Source of the DNA: Nemertoderma westbladi
Taxonomy: Eukaryota > Animalia > Xenacoelomorpha
Assembly (NCBI GenBank): GCA_032718475.1
Contig: JAUCBJ010007470.1
Location: forward strand, 39,868 to 103,867
Direction of reading: 5' to 3'
Length of the DNA: 64,000 bases
Every line of letters starts with the position of its first letter. Positions within the stretch are counted from its first letter, which is position 1. This document shows positions 27,598 through 39,945 of the stretch, in pieces. The notes below the pieces were generated by a model that was given only the letters and a program-made list of their open reading frames with translations, made no database searches and was not told the DNA's origin. The position numbers and the translations under genes are program-made.

Positions 27598-29320
27598 TAT
27601 GATGGTAGCAACACCACCTTCTGGCTCCAGAAGTCGAGGAAATCCTGCCAAGTACCTAGCAGACCTAGACTTTGTTGATGACTTAGGAGCACTCTCAGAA
27701 TCACTAGAGGGAGTCCAGCAGCTCCTCAGGCTCAGCTCATTAGAACAGGCTGCTTCTAGTGTTGGTCTAGTCCAAGAAGACCAAAATTTTGACAGTTAAC
27801 TTTGAAAGTCCTCAGTAAATGTATGATCGTATCAGCATAAGCATAAAGGATGGTATGCTTGAGCATGTGGACGACTTCTGTTACCTGGGATCATATATCC
27901 GGAAGTCAGGTGAGGACCTTCGAATACGTAAGGGAAAGGCATGGGCAGCCTTGAATAGGCTTTCCAGGATTTGGAAGTCACAGAGAATTTATCGGAAACT
28001 TAAGGTCCGATTATTTAGAGCAGCAGTAGTTCCAGTACTCCTCTATGGTAGTCCATGCTGGGCTGTATCGGCTGAGGACACCAAATCTCTGGATGGCACA
28101 TTCACAAGAATGCTACGCCGTAAAGTACAATGCATCTGGCTGCTATCTTTGTTGACTTCTTCAAGGCCTTTGATTCAGTCTCTCGCTCACGTATGTTCAG
28201 CATACTTTCATTATATGGGATTCCTTATGAAATTATTGCAGCAATCAGATCAGTATACGATGGTTCGACAACATTTGTGTCTACTGTTGACGGTGACACA
28301 GAACCATTTGAAGTGTTATGGGGCGTCCTCCAAGGAGACACACTTGCACCATTCTTGTTCATTATTGTGGTTGACTATGTTCCACGCATGTCCTTAGATC
28401 ATCATAATGATGATGGGGTGATGATAACTCCACCTACTGGCTCCAGAAGTCGAGGGAATCCTGCCAAGTACCTAACTGATCTAAACTTTGCTGATGACTT
28501 AGGAGTACTCTCAGAATCATTAGAGGGAGCCCAACGGCTCCTCAGCTCATTAGAACATTCTGCTTCTAATGTTGGTCTTTTTATTAACTCCAGAAAGAGC
28601 AAAATTCTGACAGTTAACTTTGAAAGTCCTCAACAAGTCTCTGATCGGATGAGCATAAGCTCAAAGGATGGTATGCTTGAGCATGTGGACGACTTCTGTT
28701 ACCTGGGATCATGGATCCGGAAGTCAGGTGAGGACCTTCGAATACGTAAGGGAAAGGCATGGGCAGCCTTGAATAGGCTTTCCAGGATTTGGAAGTCACC
28801 GAGAATTAATCGGAAACATAAGGTCCGATTATTTAGAGCAGCAGTAGTTCCAGTACTCCTCTATGGGAGTCCATGCTGGACTCTAACTGCTGAGGATACC
28901 AAATCTCTGGATGGCACATTCACAAGAATGCTACGCCGGGTTCACTGTGTCAAGTACAATGCACACATCTCCAACCACATACTATATAACATTGGAGGTG
29001 TCTCATTGGTTCCCCCAAGCTTGACCCCAAAGCCGCCTCCGCTTTGCATGACATTGCTTTCTCCGTGAGGACCAGCCTGTGCACAATCTTGTGCTTTGGC
29101 GGCTCCATTGAGAAAATAAGCATGGTAGATAGCCCGTTACTTTCTTGAGACGCCTCTTCAAGCTAAAGGACACGCTGGCCTTGAAGATGCGGATAATCTC
29201 GTGAAAGTCATGGGGGATATGGAGTTGTAGCGGTGCAATTTTGTTTATAAGCCAACGCAGCCTTCCTAATAAGCATTCCCCATTCATTGGGGCGTGCCGA
29301 TTGTGGATTGCATGGTGGCG
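27598..29320 (+). mobile_element. RTE-like LINE (5'-truncated RT) preceded by a diverged partial duplicate
   Basis: ORF 28130-29068: FVDFFKAFDSV, GVLQGDTLAPFLF, DLNFADDL, FCYLGS, KVRLFRAAVVPVLLYGS; 27598-28120 repeats 28418-28938. Confidence 0.9.
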
Positions 29321-30222
29321 GCAAAAATAATTTGTTTACCCAGCATAGCATCTCAATGTGCAGTTTCAATGCAGCAGGCCGATTATAGTAGCATGTAGTA
29401 TGTATTTATGTCATCATTGATTTGAATATTATGAATGATAAATTATTATCCTTCATTGTTACAGCTTACTGTTAACATGAATAGTTATCTCCTGAAATAA
29501 TCCATTATAGATTCTATAGAACTTTAACTGTAGTAAAAATTCTCACAGATTAGGACTTATACACAGATTAGTACAGATAGTGCCAGAATAATTACTATAC
29601 AATTATAATAGCCATATGCAGCTTTCAAACAGGTGTGTAGAATATGCTAGATAGAGCATAGCACTTCATTGCAGGGTACTAAACGATATAATATGGAGCA
29701 CAATAGGTAGGAATCGAATAAGTGGTATGATCCTAAGTAACAAATCACACACAAGGCCAAACATGTCAGTCCCAATCTTAACTGCATGATAATCTACTAA
29801 TTACAGATACATAAAGTCATTTTTGGAGGTCAAACTTCAATTTGTATAATACGTTTGATTTAGTGAACGAAGCTTTCCTTATATTTGTCCAGTATTACAG
29901 TATTTGTCCAGTATTATTATATTACAAGCACTCCAGTAACTGAGTTACTGCGATTCTATCACCTCCATCAGTTTCTTATTGCCATCCTGATCATCAAGGC
30001 TTATATTCCCGTCACCATGGTCCCTCTCTCTCTACAGTATCCGAAAGTCTTCTATCTCCCCCATCTTCATCTCAAGTCTACACGCTTATTTTATTTATAG
30101 ACAGCTATTTTCAAAATTTGTAGTCAGTAGCATAATTAGGTAAATTTAGTTTAATTTACTTAACTTAGTTATATTTTACTTAATTTATTTATATTAGGCC
30201 TTGTAAATATATCTATTGAATA

Positions 30223-33200
30223 ATGACAATAACGTATAAAAATGGCTCCAGTGAATGTATAGACAATAATAGTGATTATTTTGGGAACGGGGTCATTGCA
30301 GACCGGCCAGGAGTTAAGCAACGTCTAACCAATGGCTACACTCGTATACCAAATGGTTGTACCACAAATGCCATCAATGGTGATCCGTCAATTGCAAATG
30401 GGACTGTCAAAAAGAAAAGAAAAGATTTGGTCGGTATTGACGGGAAGTGGTATGACGTGACATCTTTCATCCCCCACCACCCAGGTGGTGACATCATTAA
30501 AAAGTTCCTAGGACGTGATGCCACGATCATATTCCATAGTTTTCACCACGGAAAGAATGTTTTAGGTAGAAGGAAACCGATTGGTTATTACGATTATGGA
30601 GGCGCTACTGGGACGCGAACAGACCCAGTAACTGTAGCATTTGATGGACTCCGGGACTTCTTTCAGGACAATGGATTCTTTGACACTAGCGTGCCATGGT
30701 ATTCCTCTAAAATAGCGTTTACTTTTTCCTGTCTGGCTGTCTCAGTCTGCCTTGTCACACAATTCGCTTCATCTTGGATTCACTACATCGGGGCATTGTG
30801 GTTGGCAGCTTTTTGGCAGCAAAGCGGTTTTATCATGCACGACACTATGCATACTCAGGTAAATTTCATATATATATTGCAATTTTGTAATTTTGCCAGC
30901 TGTTTGTAGCATTTAGAAATGGTCCTAGGAACTGGTGCTTGGATTATAAAACGATTAATTTGCGTTTAGGTGACAAAGAGTCGTCATACTGATCATTGGT
31001 TGGGGACATTCTTTGGGACTGTTTGTCTGGGACTGTCTGGGACATGGTGGAGGGACGAGCATTTCCAACATCATGCTTTGACGTGTGTAATCGATCTAGA
31101 GAACCAGTGGGTCGATCCACAGATGTGGGAAGATGCATGGGTGCAAACCGAACGTCTGTTTCCTCTTCATCAGGTTGGTTCCATTGATTCATAAATTTAT
31201 ATGAAATAAATTAATGAAATGTTTCAATACTTTGGTAGAATAAGGGTACGGGAACAAGTTCGCTGGGGGGCAAATACCAAATTTTCACCCCCCCCCTCCC
31301 CTCATCACAATAAAAAAATATAAAATATAATATTTCAAAGATTGCATAATATTCTCTTACAAATCCTTTTGTCAAGGAACTATGAATATCGAATACTTTT
31401 TCTGTTATCTGTGCCTATTAGGAAATCTCTTTTTATTACAGAGTTACTTACAAAAATTAGCTATCCGTGTTCAACACATCAGCTTCCTTCCTCTCTGCAT
31501 TATTGTTGGTCGCGTTGCTATAGTAATTGACAGTTTTGTGAAAGAGCGACACCTTGTTGAGTGGGTAGCATTCCTCTTCCATTGGATTTGGGTGGTAAAT
31601 TTGTTATCCTACTTGCCAACTTGGAATGAGGTAAGTTGATAATTTTCACTGCCCTTATGTGGCCTGATGATTAAGTAAGATAACCATAATTAGATACCTA
31701 TATATAATATATAATTAGGATATATATACAATATATAGATGCTTCTTATAACGTCTTCAAAACTTTCCAGTAGCTAAGCTAAATTGATACAAAATTGTAA
31801 TTTATAATGAACCTGTCTTTAGATTGGGTAGTTTTTGTATAAAGCTGAGGCCGGCAAAACCACGAGGAAATTTATATGTACGTTAGTTGAACCACCAAAT
31901 GGCTTGAAACTGCTTGCATGATTTAGAAAATTGTGAACCCAGATATTTATCAATTGTGATCGAGTTGTTAAATAAAAATGTTTGGAACACAATATATATA
32001 TACAATAAATATATATATATTCGAAATATTTGCATATTTTCAACATTATGGAACTCAAAATTAAATACCCACAACTAAACTTTTATCTCCCTTGCATAGA
32101 ATCATGTAAAACCAGTAAACTAGAATCACAACTGAAAAACATTTCACTAATTGTCAGTTGTTACTTACTCCTACTTAATTTAATATTAGTATAATACTCT
32201 GTTAAGAATGCACGCTACGAAATAATAACCAGGTGTAACGAAATACTTACCGTACAGCCAAAACTACGAGTGCTTCTTAAACAATCTGTATATCATCTGG
32301 AAGCCTGACATCATACAATATTTTCCACTTAAGCACTGAAAACTTAAATATTGGTGCACGCAGATGATTGGCCGACATGTACTTTAGCTCTCTCATTGGC
32401 CTGTTAGTTTCTATCAGTTTCTATTAGTCACCTCCGTGAGTTCCAAGTCTGCTAGTTTAAGGAATCTTTTTAAGGGGGGGGGGGGGGGGGGCAATATATT
32501 TCATTACATCCCGGTAAATTGTGTTAATGAAACAAAAATGTTCAGATTTCAGAGGAAGGTACCGATATCAAAATGTAAGGTGTGTTATAAAGTCAAAGTT
32601 TAAGATGAAAGTGACGAAAGCTGTCACTGGCTTTCCTTTACTGTTGCTGACTGTTGCCCCAGTTTTAGGGTTTTGTCACAAATTCAACCTATCCCATGTC
32701 TCTCATTGGCCCATATTTTCTAAAACATTATTTTCATTGTTTGTGTTCCCTTTATCTGAATTTCCGTTTATCTCTCTTTGATTTTGTGGCCCAGTGATTT
32801 GTTGACGGAGTTGGTTGCCCAGTGATTGGTTGACGGAGTCGGTGGCCCAGTGATTGGTTGGCGGAGTTGGTGGCCCAGTGATTGGTTGGCGGAGTTGGTG
32901 GCCTAGTGATTGGTTGGCAGAGTTGGTGGCCCAGTGATTGGTTGGCGGAGTCGGTGGCCCAGTGATTGGTTGGTGGAGTTGGTGGCCCAGTGATTGTTTG
33001 GCGGAGTTGGTGGCCCAGTGATTGGTTGACGGAGTCGGTGGCCCAGTGATTGGTTGGTGGAGTTGGTGGCCCAGTGATTGGTTGACGGAGTCGGTGGCCC
33101 AGTGATTGGTTGGTGGAGTTGGTGGCCCAGTGATTGTTTGGCGGAGTTGGTGGCCCAGTGATTGGTTGACGGAGTCGGTGGCCCAGTGATTGTATTGGTG

Positions 33201-36200
33201 GAGTTGGTGGCCCAGTGATTGGTTGGCGGAGTTGGTGGCCCAGTGAGTGGTTGGCGGAGTTGGTGGCCCAGTGAGTGGTTGGCGGAGTTGGTGGCCCAGT
33301 GATTGGTTGGCGGAGTTGGTGGCCTAGTGATTGGTTGGCGGAGTTGGTGGCCCAGTGATTGGTTGGCGGAGTCGGTGGCCCAGTGATTGGTTGACGGAGT
33401 CGGTGGCCCAGTGATTGGTTGGTGGAGTTGGTGGCCCAGTGATTGTTTGCGGAGTTGGTGGCCCAGTGATTGGTTGGCGGAGTTGGTGGCCCAGTGAGTG
33501 GTTGGCGGAGTTGGTGGCCCAGTGATTGGGTGGCGGAGTTGGTGGCCCAGTGATTGGTTGCTGGAGTTGGTGGCCCAGTGATTGGTTGGCGGAGTTGGTG
33601 GCCCAGTGATTGGGTGGCGGAGTTGGTGGCCCAGTGATTGGTTGGCGGAGTTGGTGGCCCAGTGATTGGGTGGCGGAGTTGGTGGCCCAGTGATTGGTTG
33701 CCGGAGTTGGTGGCCCAGTGATTGGTTGGCGGAGTTGGTGGCCCAGTGATTGGTTGACGGAGTTGGTGGCGGCAGTGGTGAACAACTTTATATTAATTTT
33801 CTTTATTTTTATTCTGCAGGTGTTTACGTTTTATTTCTTTGCGAGTTTAGGAGAAGGAATTCTTCATATTCAACTATTAATAAGTCATTACGTGAAAACT
33901 TACCATTTCAAAGAGGATGTTCATGACCTAAACCACTACAAGTTCCAGGTAAGGGTAGTTACACATTTTTTTGGTATGCGTTTAGTAAGAAGCATTATAA
34001 TAGTAGTGAGAATGACATTAGTTGGATTGGACACCCTCCGAACAAGAGTAGATGGCTCTTAATATATTGAACAAAAGGTGCAAGTTCGCTCAACTCAACT
34101 GTATAATGATAATAAATTAAACTAGACATGAACTACCATACTTTATACAGTATAATCAGGACTTAGTGATTTAATTTGAATATTGGTCATTTGGAGAGTT
34201 ACCGTCAGGAAAAATTGTCAATGAGGGATAATATATTTATAATTTATATGTATCCATCCATCTATCTACAGTAGGAATATACAGAAATTTAATTTTCCTA
34301 GGCCTACACTTCCTACCAAGTTTTTTCGATAAATTTTTCACGAACATTGTTTATTTTCACAGATTTTAACAGTTCTTGTAGTTTACATTTATTGAATTTG
34401 AGACGCTAGAGGGAAGTTGTTAGGAAGTTGAGCAAAGTTTGGCTAACATTATAGTCTACTTAGGAGTAATAGTAACAGGCTAATTAGGCCTGGCGTATAA
34501 TAGAGTTAGCTGACTGAGATCAAGGAAACGGTGGTGGTAACTGGGCGTCAAATGTTAGGTACTTAATGAATTATTTGGGAGTCAGTTGGGTCCGGAATGA
34601 TCAGGAGGTAGTCATTGAGAGGGAATTTTTAATGGCAGTGCAAGAACGTATGTTCGCACAGTTTGTGCAGTTGTGGTGGTCTGAAATCTCGGGGTCACCG
34701 AAGGTAAGGTACTATGTGAAGGAAGCATTTGGCATGGAAAGCTATCTGCGTGTCCTGAGTGGGCAGGCACCCATCATTAAGGAGAGTTGTGGCGAAGTTC
34801 AGGTGTTCGGCGCATAGACTATGATAGAGTACGGACGGAAGGTGGTATAATGTTGCACGTGAAAATAAGTTATGTAAATTTTGTGAGGAGGGGGGGGGGG
34901 GGGGGGGGGGGGATACGTGGAGGACGAATTTCATTTTTTAATGGTGTGTAGAAGGTATCGGGACATTCGGACCAAATATTTCAGTTGAAGACTAATAGCA
35001 GTACCAACAATTGAAAAGTATAAGGAAATTTTGTCTGCCAACAGTAGGCCTAAGGAAAAATTAATTAAACTAGAAAGGTTTTTGTGGGAGGCTTTCGGGT
35101 GGAGAGAGAACATAATAACCATAGGATAGCATCCAGTCCTTATTTCTTCTTCTTACTATTTTTTAATCTTGATTTTTCTAGTTGTTTTTTTTTGGGAGGG
35201 GAGGAGGGGGGGGGGGGGGGGGGGGTCGGGTGGGTTGTACACGTAGCATTGTCAACAATTTCAATTTGTAGTGGCGCGTACAGTACAACCACCTCAAGTT
35301 TATTTGGTATATACTGTTTTACAGTGCAGTTATTTCAAGTATGCCATTAATTTGGTAGCGTTTGTGGTATATTACACACACGTTATATTATTAATACTGT
35401 AAGTCATGTTCGGTATTACATTGTTTTACGTCGCCTTCTAAAATATGGATGGGTATCTATATAGTCCTGCTGCCTATTGGTTAAATTATTTTAAAAAGAA
35501 AAGGCAATATTTTATGGTATATATGGACATATTTGCTAATTTTGTTTAACTGCCCTGTTGCAATTTTTTAAATAAATGCTCACAGTGTGTGCATGTTGAA
35601 AATTCGAATTCATAACCATGTGCTCAAATTCGTAACCGGGTACTACAATTTGTAACCGGTAACTCAGATTCGTTCCAGGAGCTCCAATTCGTAAACCAAA
35701 ACTCGGATTCGTAAATTCACTGATTGGCTCTGATCTGTAACCAGAAACAAACATGCCCCTCGAAAATGCAGCAAATCTATCAGATTAACTAACATAAAGT
35801 GGTCGACATTTCCTAAATATTTGGTATAAATTTTATTGAAAAATTAAAGTACATTTTTGTTCAGTTCAACGGAAATTCTTACTGGAAAAACTCTATTCAG
35901 TATAGTGAAACAGTACCGGTGTACCGGTACAGTGTAATAAATCACTTTCTGTTGTACAATTCTCAATCAGCTCTTCAAAATATATAAGATTTTGCTTATT
36001 TGTAGATCGAGAACACGATGAATATTGTCAACCCGATATGGTTAGACTGGTTCCATGGCGGATTAAACTTCCACATCGAACACCATATGTACCCCAGGAT
36101 GCCCCGTCACATGTACCGCAAGGCCTCCCCCTATATAAAGAAGTTGTGCCGAGAACTGGGCATTGTCTACGACGAATGTGGTTGGTTCGAGGCAGTGAAA

Positions 36201-36260
36201 CTAACCGTGGCCCATCTCAAAACTATATCACATCACTTTAGTCTCAACCCCAATCACTAA
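30223..36260 (+). CDS. Cytochrome b5-fusion membrane fatty acid/sphingolipid desaturase, copy 1; exons 30223-30858, 30970-31173, 31442-31630, 33820-33948, 36006-36260 (470 aa)
   Basis: HPGG haem motif; His boxes HDTMH, HFQHH, HIEHH; WFHGGLN; four GT-AG phase-0 introns give one open frame; exon boundaries match copy 2. Confidence 0.93.
32786..33770. repeat. 28-bp G-rich minisatellite (GTGGCCCAGTGATTGGTTGGCGGAGTTG)n, ~35 copies, in intron 3 of desaturase copy 1
   Basis: Visible tandem array. Confidence 0.95.
34540..35160 (+). mobile_element. LINE ORF2 C-terminal remnant
   Basis: Plus-strand translation gives LCKFCE ... EDEFHFLMVCRRYRDIRTKYF, a typical LINE C-terminal CCHC-like motif, interrupted by a poly-G run. 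Confidence 0.65.
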
Positions 36261-37004
36261 AAGCCATTCCATTACGCTAGACATCAAAAATAAATTATTT
36301 AGCTACTGAATTTGTTATTATTTTTATTTCCTATTGTTATTTAGTTTAAAATTGTACAGGAAATTTTGAATGCCATGTAATATGGTGGTATAAATAGACA
36401 TTCCGTTTAAATTACGTTGCACTAACTTTTATTTATAAATAGCATGTAATTTTTAAGTTTTAGAATGGGTACAAAGTTATCGTTAATAGGTATAAAAAAA
36501 TCTGAATTTATTAAGTTATAATAGTGCTTAGAAAAAAGAGTAATGATATTTATGGTAACATTTACGCATTCCTTTGTTGCAAAGCGGTAATCTATTTGGT
36601 GTGAAGTTTTATGATTTATTTGGATTATTTGTGACTATTCAATAGATATATTCTTTGCATATATATTCAGTTATTTTTTTATATACATAAAATATATATA
36701 TCAATATATCATATACCATTGTACATAAATTGAACATAAATATTGCATCATGTGTAAAATAGCAAGTATATATCCATGAACATCGATTCTCTATAATTTT
36801 TTTTATTTATTATAAACTTAAATCAAACAATGGCAGTTAAATTGCATGTGAATAACGTATATAATATGCAATGCAATGCCGGTCCGGTATTGCATATTGT
36901 GTTTTCAAGCATGCAACCAACATAAATAACTGAAATACAGGGTGTCCCACAAAATTTGACACGGATTCGTTTTCAAATAACTCCGCTACACCTTAATAAA
37001 ATTA

Positions 37005-37221
37005 AGGCCATGATACACCACAGGAGCGGCGAGCGGCAGCGGCGAGCGGCCACTTTTTAAAAATAGAACACATTATTTTCTATGGGTGATGATACACCAC
37101 AAATGGCTGCTGCCGCTCGCCGCTCCTACAGTGTATCATACTAAAAGTCGCCGCTCACATCGGCCGCTTGCCGCGGCCGCCCGCCGCGGCCGCCCGCCGC
37201 TCCTGTGGTGTATCATGGCCT
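37005..37221. mobile_element. PIF/Harbinger-like MITE with TTA TSD
   Basis: TTA|AGGCCATGATACACCACAGGAGCGGCG ... CGCCGCTCCTGTGGTGTATCATGGCCT|TTA. Confidence 0.9.
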
Positions 37222-37533
37222 TTAGGTATTATTGGTATCATTAGAAAGCTAGAGTGCTACCTTAAATAAATAAACTTATTGGAAACAATAATGTTGCTAT
37301 GGTAACCCCCTGTGGCAGTTCATAAAGAAACAAGGGTTTTCGAAAGGTGCACTAATAATTAATTTTAAGCATTTAAAAAAAATTTATACTTTGTACAGAA
37401 ATTACACTAATTTAAGATTGCCATGGATATTGAATGAAAATAGAAATAGAAAGACAATTTTAATTTGTTAAATAGTCTTACTGTATTTGATTTGATTTAC
37501 AAATAAGTAGGGTTCAACAGAAGGCACTCTTTG

Positions 37534-37935
37534 GGGCCGAACCGAACCGAAGCAGGGCCACTTCGGGCCGAACCGAACCGAACCGAAGCAGGGCCACTTC
37601 GGGCCGAACCGAAGCAGGGCCACTTCGGGCCGAACCGAAGCAGGGCCACTTCGGGCCGAACCGAAGCAGGGCCACTTCGGGCCGAACCGAAGCAGGGCCA
37701 CTTCGGGTCGAACCGAACCGAAGCAGGGCCACTTCGGGCCGAACCGAACCGAAGCAGGGCCACTTCGGGCCGAACCGAAGCAGGGCCACTTCGGGCCGAA
37801 CCGAAGCAGGGCCACTTCGGGCCGAACCGAACCGAAGCAGCGCCACTTCGGGCTGAACCGAACCGAACCGAAGCAGGGCCACTTCGGGCCGAACCGAACC
37901 GAAGCAGGGCCACTTCGGGCCGAACCGAACCGAAT
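37534..37935. repeat. Compound minisatellite: 26-bp unit GGGCCACTTCGGGCCGAACCGAAGCA with a variable number of CCGAA pentamers
   Basis: Visible array of ~13 units of 26, 31 or 36 bp. Confidence 0.9.
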
Positions 37936-38070
37936 TCGAACCTAAGCCTAAGCAAATTGTGGTCATAAATTCGTATTTACGTCACTATACTGGCTGACTG
38001 GCAGTGGCAGACTGGTACGTATTTGGTCTGCGGACTTAGCGAGAAAGCTATGATTAATTAAAAAAATAAG

Positions 38071-38690
38071 TACTACACGTTCGTGGGGACTTCGCGCAGC
38101 ACGTAGTCGGCAAGCCTTGGCATACGGTTCATATAGAGCAAATGGGGCATGTCTAGTTTGGACCCAATATCCCATGCTATAAATGTATTCATTCGATATA
38201 CAATCATATGTTAATCCGCTAGGTGGTGTCAAATTGTTATTCTGCAATTTCGTACTTACCAGTGCAGCACTGTACAGCAGTACCGTACCGGTAGGCCTAT
38301 GTCATTACTTCTGAGTCTCTAGCGGATCCCCAATTAAATGTCTTAACTTTTCAATTTCGTAAAAGATAGACTTCATGATTCTCTACAGGCCACCAAAATT
38401 TCAGCTCAGGAAAATGAGGCCTTCCCGAGAAATTTAACATTTTCTAAAAACTACATAATCTGTCGTAGCTGACGTCAGACTACATGATTTTTCACCAAAC
38501 TTTACAAACTTTCTAAACTTTCTCTCTACTACTTACCTACTAAGTTTGGTTCAATTCCGAACCAGCGATGCAGAGAAATTCGCGTTCAAACATTTACCAG
38601 ACAGACGGACGGACAGACAGACGGACATGCCCCATTTGCCCTATATGAACCGTATGCCAAGGCTCGCCGACTACGTGTCTCGCCCCACAA
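38071..38690 (+). mobile_element. Helentron/DINE-1-like non-autonomous element
   Basis: ~55-bp subterminal inverted repeat (38098-38151 vs 38623-38676), (GACR)n microsatellite before GACATG, GTGGGG/CCCCAC ends, no obvious TSD. Confidence 0.6.
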
Positions 38691-38754
38691 AGTAAAATGG
38701 CAATAATTAGCCTAACCTAAACTACTGAATAATTAATTAAGCTAACTTTGAAAA

Positions 38755-39095
38755 CTACTGTTTCCTAAAGGAATGCTTGTTCACCACCATGGATGATCTT
38801 CCTCAGTAAACCCTTCCACTATGTTTCCTAAAGGAATGCTTGTTCACCACCATGGGTATCTTCCTCAGTAAACCCTTCCACTCTGTTTCGTAAAGGAATG
38901 CCTGTTCACCACCATGGGTGCTTCCACAGTAAACCCTTCCAATGGTTCCCATTTGTCGACCAGAAAAGGGTGAAAACCTGTGTAGAGCTGTTCTGTATCA
39001 TTTAAAGCCCCGTGCCCAAACAGTACTGCGACGCCAGGGATCGAACCAGGGGCCTCCTGAATGAAAACCCTGATTGTTACCACTAGCGGCTGCTT
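38755..39095 (-). mobile_element. tRNA-derived SINE (Glu-like head) followed by three ~62-bp tandem units
   Basis: Minus strand TAGTGGTAA ... TTTTCAT loop ... GGTTCGATCCC; three repeats of TGTTTCCTAAAGGAATGCTTGTTCACCACCATGG... at 38755-38942. Confidence 0.55.
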
Positions 39096-39255
39096 AGTCT
39101 ATAAATTGAATATGAATGCTTCTAATTGTTGTAGGCCTAATCTAAAAGAAACAATTTGAGTATAAATATAACAGTAAACTTTTAACTAAAAAATGTGACT
39201 TAGAGGAAGTATGGGAAAGTTGAGGGAATGTATCCTGTATGTATATAATCATGAC

Positions 39256-39439
39256 CGGGGCGATAAAGAACCAGAGGCGATAAAGACACGGGGGTGAATT
39301 AAGACAAAGGGGCGATAAGTTCCTAAAAACTGAGAACTGGGGGGCGATAAGATTCCAAGGGGCGATAAGGGAACATTTGAGGGGCGATAAGTTCCCAGGG
39401 GGCAATAAAGGGGCAGGGGGCGATAAGGCCCTACAATCC
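39256..39439. mobile_element. Isolated transposon end with GGGGCGATAAG subterminal repeats (MULE-like)
   Basis: About 8 GGGCGATAA motifs ending in GGCCCTACAATCC; partner end not found. Confidence 0.45.
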
Positions 39440-39945
39440 ATGGTAATACCAACGGGTGTCGTCGCGTTACGGCTAATGTCGCGTTACGGCTAAATTTTTG
39501 AGAGATTAGCCGTAACGTGTCTTTCAAAAGTCGCGGTACGGCTACCGTAAAAGTCGCATTATGGCTAATTGTCGCATTATGGCTAATTGTCGCGTTACGG
39601 CTAATCTATTGTCTTGGTTTTACATAGGGAATCATTATCACAAGCACAGGTACCGATTACAGCCAATAATAGCAACCAAAGAAGCAATGAATGGTTTTGT
39701 GGAACATATTCCACTACTTCATATCGATGTTGTCAACCAACAACGCCTGGCTAGCTACATAGACCATATGGCGTTCTGTTTGGGGTTTGAAAAGCAGGCA
39801 ATGGCCGTCCTTCCAGCCGCCGATCAACCAGTTGAAACTCCAGCTGCATTCCAACCCACCCCACCACCGGACCACCCCTTCGCGTGCGACGGGATCAAGG
39901 GATCCCGACCGGTTTATTCAGGCTACGCATCACCGTGTGGTATAA

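Noticed and set aside
33324-33785. Repetitive ORFs (also 37468-37968, 7564-8259, 60090-60310, 6489-6671, 47460-48088)
   Set aside because: They are translations of tandem repeats or MITE arms with no domain evidence.
39020-39095. Functional tRNA genes (also ~3846-3908 and ~59495-59566)
   Set aside because: A/B boxes are present but acceptor and anticodon stems are broken; treated as SINE heads.
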